A DNA stretch of 53,146 nt, the filler included, from Streblomastix strix (lineage: Eukaryota), in the NCBI GenBank assembly GCA_008636045.1. It is 3 parts of 3 records of this genome, joined end to end, with 100 filler letters (N's around TTAATTAATTAA, not from the genome) between each part and the next. Parts side by side here need not be neighbours in the genome. Positions count along the whole stretch, not along the records: positions 1 to 17,654 come from SNRW01000688.1; positions 17,755 to 35,402 come from SNRW01000689.1; 1 more part is not named here. One strand, written 5' to 3'. The position numbers were made by a program, and so were the translations under genes. The notes beneath the pieces are model-generated. The model had not been told where the DNA came from, did no database searches, and worked only from the letters and a program-made list of their open reading frames with translations. Shown one piece after another: positions 15,201 through 31,430 of the stretch. How positions within the stretch are numbered: the stretch's first letter is position 1; each line of letters begins with the position of its first letter.

Positions 15201-17654
15201 AGAGAGACATAAGTAATAGAGAATTGAATAGCTGAATTAATTAACATAAACATCTTCATTCAAATCTTCTCCATTTTCCCACATAAATGTTCAATCTAAC
15301 TCAAATGATGATAAATAATCATTGGTATCATCAGACAGCCTGAACTTATCCAATATTAATATTAATCCTAACACCAGTTTATTTAATATAAGTAATATAA
15401 CTCATGCAAACAGCAATAATAGCAGTGAATATGTTGAGAAATAAAGATAATTATAAATATAGACATAAAAGTAGAGAGATGCACCATTGACTTTTATTTC
15501 ATCTCCTTTGCTTTCACAATTGTAGTAATCTTTTGTTAATATAAAGTTTCTTCTCAACTTCCCTTCTCTTCCTTTCAAGTTTTCTTCTACTTTTTTATAA
15601 CAGTAAAATAATACTAATAATAATTTTATTTCACTATAGAATTAAAATTCATAAGTATTTTAAATTATTCGAAATCTGATTAAGCATAATAGTAAAATTA
15701 TATAAATATCCAAAATAAATAATAAATTTAAATCAATTTATGCATAAACAATTAATTTATCATATTAGTCATTATATTCATTTATACAATCACTATGTGC
15801 AATTATTGAAATATAATTTATTAATTGGTATTCATTGTCTATAATTATGATATAGAAAGAGAAAGATTTATATGGTGAGAAAGATTATGATTATGTATAA
15901 GAAGAAGAAAAAGAGGAAGAAGAAGAGGAAGATGATGAATATGAAAGTGCAAGTTCAGAAACAACATCAACAACTTCATCAACATCATCTTCATCTTCTT
16001 CATTATTATCATCATCATCATCTTCTTAAACATCTAAGAAAGATGATTATATGGCATTTTATAAATAGAGGAAATTGGAAAGAGAAAGATATGAAAGAGA
16101 AAGATTATAGAAGTTGAACTAGAAATAAAGAAGTGAAGAAAAGTAAGGAATTTAAATAGAAGATTAAATTAGAAGTGATGATGAAGTTGAAAGATAGAGT
16201 ATATAAAGTGATAATGACAGTGATATTGATTTAGATGATTAAGGAGAATAGATATTCATTGAAAGACCAAAGCATATTAATTATTCTTTTGATGCACCTC
16301 TACTTCATGGTAAATCTTTAACTGATACTTAATAATAATAATAATCTGAATTATAAACATCAAATATGTAAATAACCTCATAAACAGATATAAAAGATAC
16401 ATCAACACCATAAATAGAATAATTATAGGAAACAAAAGGAACACCAGAAACAAAATCAAATGTTGAAATAAAATAATAAAAATAATCATCTTCAAAATCA
16501 TCTAAACAATAAACTCCCTCTGAATAAACTTCTTTAACAACTTAATAATCTCCTTAAACATCTAATTCTTCACCTTAGATAACATTATTATCTTCTTAAT
16601 CATCTAAATCATCTCCTTAGACAACAAAATCATCTCCTTTAACAACTAAATCTTCTTAATCAACAAATAAATCTTCTTCTTAAACATCATTAACTCCTCA
16701 ATCAAGTAAATTATCTCCTTAAACAACTTCAAAGTCTTCTTAATAAACTAATTAAACATCATCTAATAAAACTCCAAGTTCTAAATCATCTTCTAAATCA
16801 ACTGTTAAATCTTAATCTAAATTGTCTCCTTAATCAACTGATACTTCATCATCTTCATCACCATCTTCATAATTAATTTCTTAAACTATATCTTAAGAAT
16901 CTGAACCTAAATCCATATTTTTATTTCCTTAACCATCTTCTTAATCAACATCAACATCTCCTTAATCAACTTAACCATCAACTTAATCAACATCAACATC
17001 TTCTTAATCAACTTAACCATCTTCTTAATCAACATCAACATCTTCTTAATCAACTTAACCATCTTCTTAATCAACATCAACATCTTCTTAATCAACTTAA
17101 CCATCTCCTTAATCAACTTAACCATCTCCTTAATCAACATCAACATCTTCATCAACTAAAAAATCTCCTTCTTCGTCAACAACTAAAAAATCTCCTTCTT
17201 CATCAAAAACTTCAAGAAAATCTTCTCCATCATCATCTGTTAAATCTCCATTATTAACTTCATAAACTTCAAGATAACCTTCTCCATCATCAACAACTAT
17301 GAAATCTCAATAATAGAATTCATAAACTTCAAGAAAACCTTCTCCATCATCAACAACTATGAAATCTCCATTATTAACTTCATAAACATCAAGATAGCCA
17401 TCTCAACCTTAAGCTTAGAATTAATAACCTTCTCAACCTCCAATATTAACTCCTTAATTTGTATCTTTATAATAACCTAATTCTTCCCCATAAATATTAC
17501 AATATTCCCCATCAATATCTCCTTCATTGTCTCCTTCATAACAATTGTCTCCTTCATTATCTGTATCTCCATCTTTATCTCCTTCACTCACTCCACAATC
17601 ACTCCTATAATCAGCTTCATAAATATCTTCTTATTAATAATATAAATAACAATA
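9212..17654 (+). CDS. Large Sec7-domain ARF guanine-nucleotide exchange factor (BIG/GBF-like), 3' truncated
   Basis: HUS-box-like IFLNYDC at about 10575-10595. Sec7 domain [13 protein letters not shown]...[12 protein letters not shown]...[27 protein letters not shown] at about 12960-13270, with the catalytic Glu present. Extensive Q/S/E-rich insertions. Runs into the contig end. Confidence 0.9.
16930..17400 (+). repeat. Coding tandem repeats in the Sec7 gene (about 39-bp SQSTSTSSQSTQP units, then about 60-bp [10 protein letters not shown]... units)
   Basis: Visible reiteration of tcttaatcaacatcaacatcttcttaatcaacttaacca and tctccatcatcaacaactatgaaatctc. Confidence 0.8.
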
Positions 17655-17754
17655 NNNNNNNNNNNNNNNNNNNNNNNNNNNNNNNNNNNNNNNNNNNNTT
17701 AATTAATTAANNNNNNNNNNNNNNNNNNNNNNNNNNNNNNNNNNNNNNNNNNNN
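17655..17754. other. Artificial contig-joining spacer
   Basis: N44-TTAATTAATTAA-N44, exactly 100 nt. Genes on both sides are truncated at it. Confidence 0.97.
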
Positions 17755-18708
17755 TAATTATACCAGTACTTGCAAAAATACTTTCGGTTGTAGCATAAAT
17801 GCTGGCAAATGAAAGTTATATCCAAAGATAATTCCACACATCACAACAGGAGATCCTTAAAATGGTGAACCTTATAAAAAATTATTTTTTTAATTAATAT
17901 TAAAACAATAAATACATAATACTTAAAATACTCCATTAAATGTCAAACCTATTGTAACCCATCTCTTAACATACCTTTAAACATCATCTGGATGAAGCGC
18001 AGCAAAAATTTTGAAGACAAGTCCACCCTGAGAATGTGAGATAATACTGATCTTTTACTGACCACAGGAGTTGTATGCTTGAATTATGCGCTAACGAAGT
18101 GGTTCTTATATGCATGCTAAAGATATATCTTAGCGCCAATCGTACGGGTATCTATATTATGAAGTGAAATATATATTATATAAATAAATAATAAAAAATA
18201 TTAGTAATTAATTTCATATTACTTAATATCATACCCCCATAAAGATGTTCCTGGTTGATATCCATTTTATTAGAACATTTCAATTAGATCATGGAATTCA
18301 GCACGTAAACTAAGAATATGCGTTTAAATGTATAAAAAATATGAATAAATTAATTGAAAATGCAAACTCGTGGGGAAGAGGCAAATCGGGAACAAGATAA
18401 TCGATTGCATATAATCCAAAGTCTTTATCATTTGCATATATCTTTACATTATCCTCAAATGGAACTAATTCAAGTGTTTCTGGATTTATGAGTCCAGTCA
18501 AATAACGTTAAACTAAATTTCCTTTATCAATTAGACATGGCCAAATTTATTATTCTGTTTCTTTTCCATTTTTTTCTTTAATTTTTATGTTAAGAATACT
18601 TCCACCAACCCCTGGAATGAATAAAACCGAACTATTAATAGTACCACTGATTTAAACATCGTTAGGATATATGGTTTGATTTGGTAGTTATTGTTGTTAA
18701 GAAGTCAT
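17755..18708 (-). CDS. LCAT / phospholipase A family alpha/beta hydrolase, 3' truncated
   Basis: VLFIPGVGGSIL, FGLYAIDYLVP, GYQPGTSLWG, PYDWRQ, nucleophile elbow ISHSQGG, and SPFQGSP. Several GT-AG introns. Confidence 0.9.
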
Positions 18709-19342
18709 TGTTGTGGAATTCACAATTCTAAAAAAGTAAAAAAAAAAAATATTTATTAATAATTGTTAAAATATTATTAATTGTATTAATTTTAATAAAA
18801 ATACTATTTGATGATTAGTATCATAAACAATAATTTGCAATAATAAAAAAAGAATATTAATAATTCGAATGTGAGAAGTGATTTTTTCTAATTAATTAAA
18901 AATTAATCTAAAATAGTTGATTTTCATATAATATAGATTAAATTTTAAATATATTGGAGAAAAATCTGCAATATGTAATTAAATTATGTTAATTACATGA
19001 AAAAAAAATAAAATTTACAGAATTATGAAGGTAAAAAATAGAATTTTCCAACTTACTAATTTATTTTTAATCTTATTGTTTGATTGAAGTTACATTTATA
19101 TAAATGCCAATAAAAAATGAACGCTTAAAATATTCTTAGTGACCAGCTAATTGTTTTTTATTAATACCTTGCGATATGACTATACTTTTAAAATAATTGA
19201 CGATTAAAAAAATAAAATACTCACGAACCTAATTCAATGTTATCAAATGATTAAAAAAATAAAATCCTCACGACACGAATTCAATGCAAGTCGAATGGTA
19301 TTGAACAGTATCGTTCAGGTAAGTGTTCTTATTTCCACACAT

Positions 19343-20458
19343 TCACAACAACAAAGCAAGAGCCGGAATCAACAATGCGCTCAAAAACAACCTTGTTTAA
19401 ACTCTTAATGAAACAGATCCCGATTTCTCTCCAGATCCACCGCATTCAGTCCTGATATCACCAACTATGCATGCACACTCATCTTTCGTCTTCTATGTAC
19501 TATCAGCACAATCTCCAGTGCATGCTGGGTCAGTTGGTTATAATTTGCAGTCTACAGGATCTGATTCTGGATCTTCGCCAATGTTTTCTAAATTGACGAT
19601 AACTTTACCTTCGTATTTTGAGTTCTTCTCAATTGGGATGGTATAGTCAAGCTCATATCTCGAGTTGACGTACACTACAGCAAGCCAATACTCTTAACTA
19701 TCTCTCGTTTCCCAACCAATAAGAGCTTTATAGCTGCCTTCCATTCCAATTGTGATTTATGTCTGGACTACACCAAATCGGATCAGAAGATCTTTCATGG
19801 TGTTTTCATCTGCTTCGTAGAAATTAGCTTCTGTGTAACCTTTAAGATGAGATTCGGGGATTGTTTCTCCATCTGAACACGCATTTGTCTCATCTGGAAC
19901 TACACTGTTTGGAAAACATGCGGAATCAAAAACTCCAGCTTTGTTCAGACCGAACTTCGTCCACGAAATAGTGTCACTATTAGCGCATATCTAGTCAATT
20001 TCTATATCCTGAAATTCTTCTTAGCGTTCTTCTGGAACGTTGGAATATTAAATTTTATTTGGTCCGCTCCGAATTAATGCAGTGATTGACGGCGCGATGT
20101 CTTTTTCTTCAATTGCTCTGGCTGTTAAACCATAGAGAGCATACAAATAAAATGCATGTGATGTTCTTACTGCCCTACACGATTATTCTTCCTATGTCAG
20201 CACAGTAGCAGTTCTCAAAGACGAAAATCCATCTTTTGGAATTATATTGAATGAAGGATCTGTTGAGTTCAATTAAGTCTATAGCTTTTTGAAGCTCGTG
20301 ATTTTTTCTGATTTGAAAAAATCTGTGTCTTGGCTATAGTCATTATAATCGCGTGTGACGACGCCTTTTTCATCAACTTGAACAGTTTCGTAGTATAACC
20401 TGCCCTTCTCGAATTTTGCGCACAATGAAATAGCACTAAGTACAAAAATAAGTAACAT
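19343..20458 (-). CDS. Intronless 371-aa predicted secreted/surface protein, possibly GPI-anchored
   Basis: N-terminal signal-like MLLIFVLSAISLCA, several Cys, and a hydrophobic C-terminus ending FLSALLIPALALLL*. Length 1116 nt in a single frame. Confidence 0.75.
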
Positions 20459-20987
20459 TTGGCTGAAAGACCTGAATATAAAAGATGTATTCATGAGATA
20501 GACAGAAAATAAAGAAAAAAATATTTTTCTTTCCTAATAAATAATGTTTTATTTAAATATCAATTAAAAATCCTAAATTATTTGTAAAAACTCCTTAAAT
20601 AACACACATGATTGACTCAATTGATTAGGAGCTGATGATTCCTGATTACTCCTTTACTTTAAAATTATTATTGACTAATTAAACTCTAAATATTTAAACA
20701 TTTATTTATTTATTTATAAATTGCAATGATTCATATTAAATAAGGATTTACAAAGAAATTAATAAAAAAATAAAAAAAAGTGAAAATTATCTACAATAAA
20801 TAAATTGACCTATTTAAGCAAATGAAAGGTGATTAAAAGAAATATCAATAAATATGAAATTTACATTGAAAAGTAAAAGAAAAGTAAAAATAAATAAAAT
20901 AAACTTTGATGCTATTTATAAAAAAAATTTATGAAACTAATAAAAAAAATAAATAATATCTAAATTTTAGTGTTAATGTAATTATTT

Positions 20988-21500
20988 TCATTAACTATAT
21001 TCAACTTCCAAGTAATAATTATTGTTATTTCAATTCTTTTTACTATGCTACTATATTATTCTCATTTCTTCTAATTACAGTATTTTCTGCCTTTTAAAAA
21101 TTTCAATTATTTTCTATTTATAAAAATTTTTAATTTTGTTATTATTTCCATTCATTTTTCTGTTTTATCCTATATCAATATTTAAGCTATTAGTTGAATT
21201 TATCGTTAATGATATATTGTGCTATTTATTTATCGGTGATAATGAATGCATTGATTATTGGCGTGATAAGTTTTACTCGTGTTTTCTTTTTATTGAAGAA
21301 GATAATTATAATGCTCTCTCCAATTGGGATAAATGTTTCTTTGGTGTTAATGGAGATTATAATGATTATGGTGATGATGTTTATGATGATAATCGTGATG
21401 GTGAATGAAGTTATTATTATTATTATTGTTATTGTTATTCTTATTGTTATTCTTATTCTTATTCTTATTCTTATTCTTATTCTTATTCTTATTCTTATTC

Positions 21501-21571
<71 letters not shown>

Positions 21572-21596
21572 GTTATTCTTATTCTTATTCTTATTC

Positions 21597-21646
<50 letters not shown>

Positions 21647-22572
21647 GTTCTTATTCTTATTCTTATTATTATTATTCTTATTCTTATTCTTATTATTCTT
21701 ATTATTATTGTTATTCTTATTATTCTTATTATTCTTCTTCTTATTATAATTATTGTTATTCATATTATTATTGTTATTCACAGGGCATTTAAGTATTTTC
21801 ATCATTTTCTTCGTTGTTAATTATTAGATTAGAATTATATTTATCTTAATCGATTTATATTATTTAGTCTAAATTTTCATTATTATCGGATTCGCATTAT
21901 TTTCTTGGTAATATTGTAACTGAAATTGAATTAACTTATTATTCTTGTGATTATTATATCTATTATAATTATTATGATTCTAATTAAGGTAAAGATAAAG
22001 TTTATGAATTGGAAATTAACGAAGAAGAATTTAATTAGGAATTTTAATTAGGAAATAACAGTGAATTAGATTATGATAAGAGAATAGCTTAAAATTCAGT
22101 TTGATTTTATTCCGGAATTGATTTTATTAATTCATTATTTGTATTAAATATTTCGTGATTCAAAGTGAAATTAGATTCTTAATTAGACTAAACATGAGTT
22201 AAAGATGAATGTTGTGTTATATTTCTTTCTTTTACTTTTTCTATTTGACCATCCTGATTAACATTTGCATCATTATTATTGGCGAAGTAAAGCTCGTTCT
22301 GATTCTGAAGTGAATTAGGAAGTAAAATCGGATCATTTATTTATAGTGCATCAAACCAATCGTATTATTATTTAGAAGCTGGATCTTTTTATTTGTTATT
22401 GTCATTTGATTAATTGAGCGAATCTGGAGAAAATAATTAGAATGAAAGTGAAGAGAATGAAGAAGATGATTATTATGATCTTGAAGTTGGTGATGAAGAT
22501 GCATTGAATAAGGATATTGATGATAGAAAAGATGAAGATGAAGAAGATAAATATGAAGGCGTTTTTTATTGC

Positions 22573-22605
<33 letters not shown>

Positions 22606-24056
22606 TTTGAAAATGAAGTTAATATTGGTGGTAAAGTTAGTGAAGTTGATGTATTGATATTGGATGTATCATTTAAACTAGCAAATTTTGTTGGAGCAGA
22701 TTAATCAGAGAGTATTTAACAATATTCATCAGTACTGGATAACTGTTTTAATTATGTATTTAAATCTTCTTCATCTGATTTAGTTTAATTTAAGTCAATT
22801 TCTTTTGATTATTTCTCTGGTTATTGTTTATTATCAATATCTTTCTATTCAATTTATTATTATTTAATCTCTTCATCCAACTATATATCAACAACAATAT
22901 CATTCGATTATTATTTATTATTATCATTAATAGGTATATTATTATTATTTAATTCATTCTTTTCTTTTTCAATTTTCTTTAATTTATCAACTTTCTTCTG
23001 ATAGTCTTTCATTATATCAGAAAACTCCTTCTGCTTCTTAAGGAATTTGATGGTCATCTTTGATTGTGGTTTTCTAAAAGTTATCGACTTTGGCTGAATT
23101 GATTCAAGATCAGGATGAAGTTATTATACTACTGGTCTGAGTGAATTAAATTATTATTATTATTATTATTATTATTTCTATTATAATTACTATTATTATT
23201 ATTATAATTACTTTTCATCTAAGATTTTAGAATTTCTTTTATACATGATCTGACGAAGTGTTTGATTATTATTTGGTTGTTAGTTATTATTGTTGTCGTT
23301 TGTTGATATTGGAACAGTAACTGGTTTTGGATAGTTCAATTGGTCGTTATTTTTATCAAGATCATTTTAAGCCAAATTTTGGTTGTTCTTTTATCTGAAT
23401 ATTATTGGGGTAGTATTAATTATTGGAGAGACTGATTTTATAGGTTAAAATTGAAATGGATTATCTTCTTCAATATTTTCTCTCTATTTATCTTTCTCTT
23501 ATTCATCATTATTCAATTCATTCTTTATTTATTCATAATTTTATTAATTATTTAAATCTTAATTTTATTAGTTAATTAAATCTTAATTTTATTAGTTGTT
23601 TAAATCTTAATTTTATTAGTTGTTTAAATCTTAATTTTATTAGCTGTTTAAATCTTATTATATGAAATGAGTTTATTACTGATTTTGGCTTTATTGTTCA
23701 ATTATTGGTTAGTTGAGATTATCATAATATTGATTATTATCTTTCAATTAATAAGAATCTGAATGTGGCAGAGATTCTTGGGTAAGTAAAGGTATATTTA
23801 GAATATTAATATCATGAAGTGATAATTCATATCTCTCATATAGTTCTGTCTATTAATTCAACTGTGGTTTCATTATATCAACAAGAGACACTAATTAATC
23901 CATCTCCTATTTGTGTTTATCTTCCATTTATTTAATCTTCTCTTTTAACAGATGGTTTTCTGAATTGAGTTGCTATATTAAAATTCCATCTTATTCACTT
24001 GATTCAGATTCTACAGAGGCAAATTATTTGAAATAAGATGAAACTTAGTCGTTCAT
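20988..24056 (-). CDS. Gln/Asn/Ser-rich low-complexity protein (about 1022 aa) with an N-terminal coiled coil
   Basis: MNDQVSSYFKQFASVESESSEQDGILIQQLNSENHLLKEKIK...LEVEYSQ*. Start and stop are in the same code-6 frame. Includes a poly-Q/EQ tract and four 24-bp repeats at about 23550-23660. Confidence 0.7.
21410..21780 (-). repeat. (TAA)n/(GAATAA)n coding microsatellite encoding poly-Gln / Glu-Gln
   Basis: Plus strand reads (tta)n and (ttattc)n. It lies inside the 20988-24056 ORF and explains the poly-I, poly-L and poly-N ORF-track artefacts. Confidence 0.9.
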
Positions 24057-25046
24057 GCTACTGCACCTATAAAACAAAGTTTAAATTGTTATTAATTTAT
24101 AAAATTGAAAATAAAACTAATAATTAGTTATTATTTGATTGAAATCTATGCAATTTCTATATTCTAGGTTGGAGAGTGATATATTTCTCGTTAAATTATT
24201 TAATTTCGCATTATTAGGAAAATATAATGGAATTAAAATATAAAATTAAATTTTAAATTTAAAATTGAATGTAATTTAAAATTATTTTATTATATCTATC
24301 TATTTTAAAAACAAAAAACTGAATTTGTTGTTATGAAGCGATTAATGTCGTCAATGCATTATCAATAAACAATATTTTTATAAATTCTCATTTTAAAATT
24401 AAATATGGATCAAATATATGATAATAATCTTAAAGTTATAATGTAGATAAATGGAAAAAATGGAAAATAACAAAAAATAGTTGAAAAAATATCTATAATT
24501 ACTGACTATTAATATGATTATAATAATTTTATTTCTTTAAAAATAAATAATAAGAACAATTAAATATAATACTTAAAAACTTGTTATGATTAATAAAAAA
24601 AAGTTGCTCATTACTTGTGTGTAATTTTAATCTTTACATAAATTCAGAAAAATATAATATTATTGCGCTTATTCTCCATTATTATATTTATAAAGTATAA
24701 AATAATCACAATTACTGGAAATTAACAATGATACACATTAAATCGATTTTTCACACATCAGCGCTTACCCATTTCATCCTGCACTATCTCATTTTACGTG
24801 ATAAAAACATTAAATTATAATTTTATGAGTTTTTTTTTGGTAACTTCGAATTAACTCACCCAAAATTTACCAGTGAAATTTTTGCAGTATTTTTGGAAGT
24901 TTGGAAAATAATACTGCAATTTTACTCTAAAATACACACTTTAATTTCAACCTATTAATTTTTCGATTTTAACAATTACACTTTTTATTATTTTAACTTG
25001 TATTACTTGTAATTTGTTTTATTTTAGATCACACTTCACAGTTTGC

Positions 25047-28074
<3,028 letters not shown>

Positions 28075-28782
28075 TAATTAAAAATTAATAAATGAAATGA
28101 TAAACAATATGAAATAAACTAAGATTTCCTATAAAGAGTGTTATTCAATAATAGAACAATTTTCACAAATGTCTAATTTTCAATTTACACATCACTTATT
28201 CTCTTCTTTGTATCACATTTTTTTCTTTAGCTACTCTAATCGCATCGATGAACAATTTAGAGCGTGTACAAGTTACAGTTCAATAAATAAACCAGCTATA
28301 TTTTTAATGTGATTCTTACTATTTTTTTTACTGATCGTACAAGAATCGCATATTGAGAGTTGCCAATTTTCTGATCAAATATATAAATTTGATTAATCCT
28401 GAACCGTTCCCAAACAAATTGAAAATATATATTCATATTTAAAAAGACATTTTTAAAATTTTTTACATAATATTTAATTTAATTTGTGAAATCTGTAACA
28501 AATTCCATTATTTTCAATTTACTGTCGTTCCAATGAATAATTAATCGATTTAAAGCTCTTCATTAAACCAATCAATAATTTATCCGTCATTAGTTACATT
28601 TATTTTACAAATAATCTTTTTATATCTCTACATCTACGCTTCAATGTTTTATTTTTTTTTACAAACAATTTCCATGGCGAACATATAATGAAAAATCTTA
28701 GCTATAATATTTTATATTTATTAAAATTAACGCTTTCAAATTTTATTGAATTATTTGTATTTTTCATCTTCTTATTATTTCA

Positions 28783-29640
28783 GATTATCAATTTCAAGCT
28801 CAAATCAATACTTTGAAGCGATTGTTTTCTTATTAAGTTGATATTATGAAGTAAAGTATATAATTGAAGGTGCTCTATGAGGAATAATATTATTATCTAT
28901 CTATAAAATGCTATTGAATTCATTGCTACATAAATCTTCAATTAGTGCTTAGAATACAGCAGATTTTAATTCTATTAAAGCAAGATATTGTGGAATATTG
29001 ATGCTTTATTAGCAGTTGATTTCAGTTGGACAATTTATATGGATTAGTGGAACAATTCTTTCTACCATAATCTTAATACTTTGATCTGGATTATTATATT
29101 ACTCTCATTTATTTGGAGTTAAAATTTCAAATCAAATTACAAAGATTCTGGAAGAAAAAATATATCCACTGATTCATTTTAATTGTCCCAAATAAATAAA
29201 TTGTACTTAACGCATTATCATTCAAACATCTCCTGTTTTAATAGAATTAAAATCTGCTGTTTTCTAATCTCTAGTTGAAGTTTCATATAACAATTCAGAA
29301 TTCGAAAAATATAATAAAGAAAGATAATAACTTCATTCCTCATCACATATCATTCAAAACTTCATATTCAATATAATTTCAACTTGAGTAGAAAACAAAC
29401 ATTAATTAATAATAACATTAATAATAATCAGAATATTCTTCTTCTCAATCATTTATTTCTTCTTCTCTTAATTTATTTATGGTCAAATCTGGAATTATAA
29501 AAGCAAATAAATAATAACGTTAATAATAATCATAATGTTTCACTTCACACATCATATCCAACAAATGCTTAAATCTGCTTGAAGAGTATAGAAGAACAAG
29601 GAGGAAATGCTGAGTTTTATCTATTTCTTATTTATACAAT
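28783..29640 (+). pseudogene. Possible degenerate hypothetical (helical-repeat-like) gene
   Basis: Protein-like code-6 stretch after an AG acceptor (DYQFQAQINTLKRLF...ELKSAVFQSLVEVSYNNSE...SIEEQGGNAE), interrupted by TGA or frame changes. Confidence 0.35.
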
Positions 29641-30030
29641 AGTTATCAATTTTTCAATAAAGTTATACAACAGTTTAAATGTAAAATATTATTTTGGATT
29701 GTATTTTTACTTTTTTTCTAAAATAAATTAATTTCAGTAGAGCGAACTCTTTAGAGGTTTTACTCATTTATTTTTATTGATATAATTCATACCCTCAAAA
29801 ATTTAGAAGTATCTTGCAAATTGACCTTACATTTATTTGAAATTTTAAAGAGTTTTATTAAATTTTCAAATATTTAAAAATTTAAAGATTTTTTTTAGAA
29901 TAATTTAAATTTAATAAAATTTTTAATTTTAATTTGAAAAATCTATATTATTTTAATAATTAATATTCAAAAAAACAGTTGTTTGTTTTTTTCAAACAAA
30001 AGTCTCCATAGGCGCATTCCAAGCCGTTCA

Positions 30031-31123
30031 ATGATTTTCGAGGAAGATCTCATCGCTCGTCGCCCCAAGCCCGTCTACAAAAACAGAGAAACTATCCTGA
30101 ATCTAATTCCTTAGGATGAACCCGAGCATCCACCTGTGGAGAAGTACACGTCGCAATATGATCCTCATGTCTACGCGAAGAAGAAAACGATGGGAACGAT
30201 GGGTTAGAAATATTTATTTTTATTATTTATTTTATTAAATAATTGTGCAGGCCCTCCCAAGTATGATGTTTCTACTTAAGACTTCCAGCGCATCAAAGAT
30301 CGAACACTTCCACCTCGTTTGCTACTTTTCTCTATCGTTCATTTTGAATTTCAACTTTTTAACTTAATTTTAACAGGATAAAAGTTTGATTATACTCAAG
30401 ATGTACCACTTCGAGATAGAGTTCCACTCAGAGATGAGGTAATTCATTTTTTTATTTCAAATTTTTTATTTTATACTTTATTACATTATAAGGTTCCAAT
30501 TCACGGACTCCGAACCAAGACTAATTATATCCGTACAAATGCGGCAGCTGTAATTGCTTAACGTATGAATTTATCTTTCAATAATCAAAATCTCAACATA
30601 TTTTTTTATATATTTATATTTTATTTCATTAATTTCATGCTTATTAAATAAATAAACTCAGCTGCAAAACAAGATTCACATAAAGAAGTTCACTATTCAA
30701 CAGTGAGAGGATTTGGGGAAAGGCCATAATACTTAGACCGTGTGCAACGAGAGATTGAAGAAGAAAATGCAATTAAAAACGAAATAAAAACTTAACGAGT
30801 ATGACTTAATGATAATTTTTATAATTTAATTATTTATAATATTTATAATATTCCTTATTTATTTATTTTCATATCTATAGGCATACCAAGACTATCTCGC
30901 AGCGTAATAACCAGAGCGAATGACCGAAGCCGAGAGACAGGAGCTTCTAGCTGGTTTGAAGAAGAGATGGGACGAGATAAAGAAAACATACGGGTAGATG
31001 CCTCTATTCATAGATGTTGAGAGTATGAAGCTGAATCGTGAGGAAATGGAGCGCCAAATGTCTGAGATTGAAAACGACATGGAAAAGCTGTCTAAGAAGA
31101 AAGTCTATGTTGAGAAGTTCTGA
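30031..31123 (+). CDS. ENKUR: Enkurin (flagellar calmodulin-binding protein)
   Basis: ETILNLIP, KYTSQY, KTMGTMGPPK, KTNYIRTNA, FGERPQYLDRVQREIEEE, MTEAERQELLAGLKKRWDE and EMERQMSEIENDMEKLSKKKVYV, over five introns. TGA at 31121-31123. Confidence 0.85.
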
Positions 31124-31430
31124 AAATTTATCATGTCATTTAATGTGCTTGCTTTCAACATATTCAAATAGGAATCATCTTGGTGAATGTTTAATATATT
31201 TCCAATTCAAACATAAAATAAATTACATCTCATTAAATAATCTTTTCAAGAACTGATTTTTTATATATAAATAATCAATTATTTATTTGTAGATTATATT
31301 CTATTATGTAAGTGATGAATTGAACTGTTGCTGACTTCAAACACATATATGGTAAATATGACTAGAACATAAAAACAAAGAGTTTATCCTATCATATTCT
31401 ATTCCATTTCATTTTAATACCATTCATTCA

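Noticed and set aside
17699..17710. TTAATTAATTAA palindrome as a biological motif (also 35447-35458)
   Set aside because: Synthetic six-frame-stop linker centred in N runs.
19202..19286. Imperfect 38-bp direct repeat (47-bp period) downstream of the surface-protein gene
   Set aside because: Only two copies; looks like a simple local duplication with no functional evidence.
20620..20650. TGATGA...CTGA C/D snoRNA-like boxes
   Set aside because: The boxes are only a few nt apart, leaving no room for a guide region.
21194..21820. Poly-Ile, poly-Leu and poly-Asn ORFs in the ORF track
   Set aside because: They are alternative frames of a (TAA)n/(GAATAA)n poly-Gln tract in the minus-strand gene.
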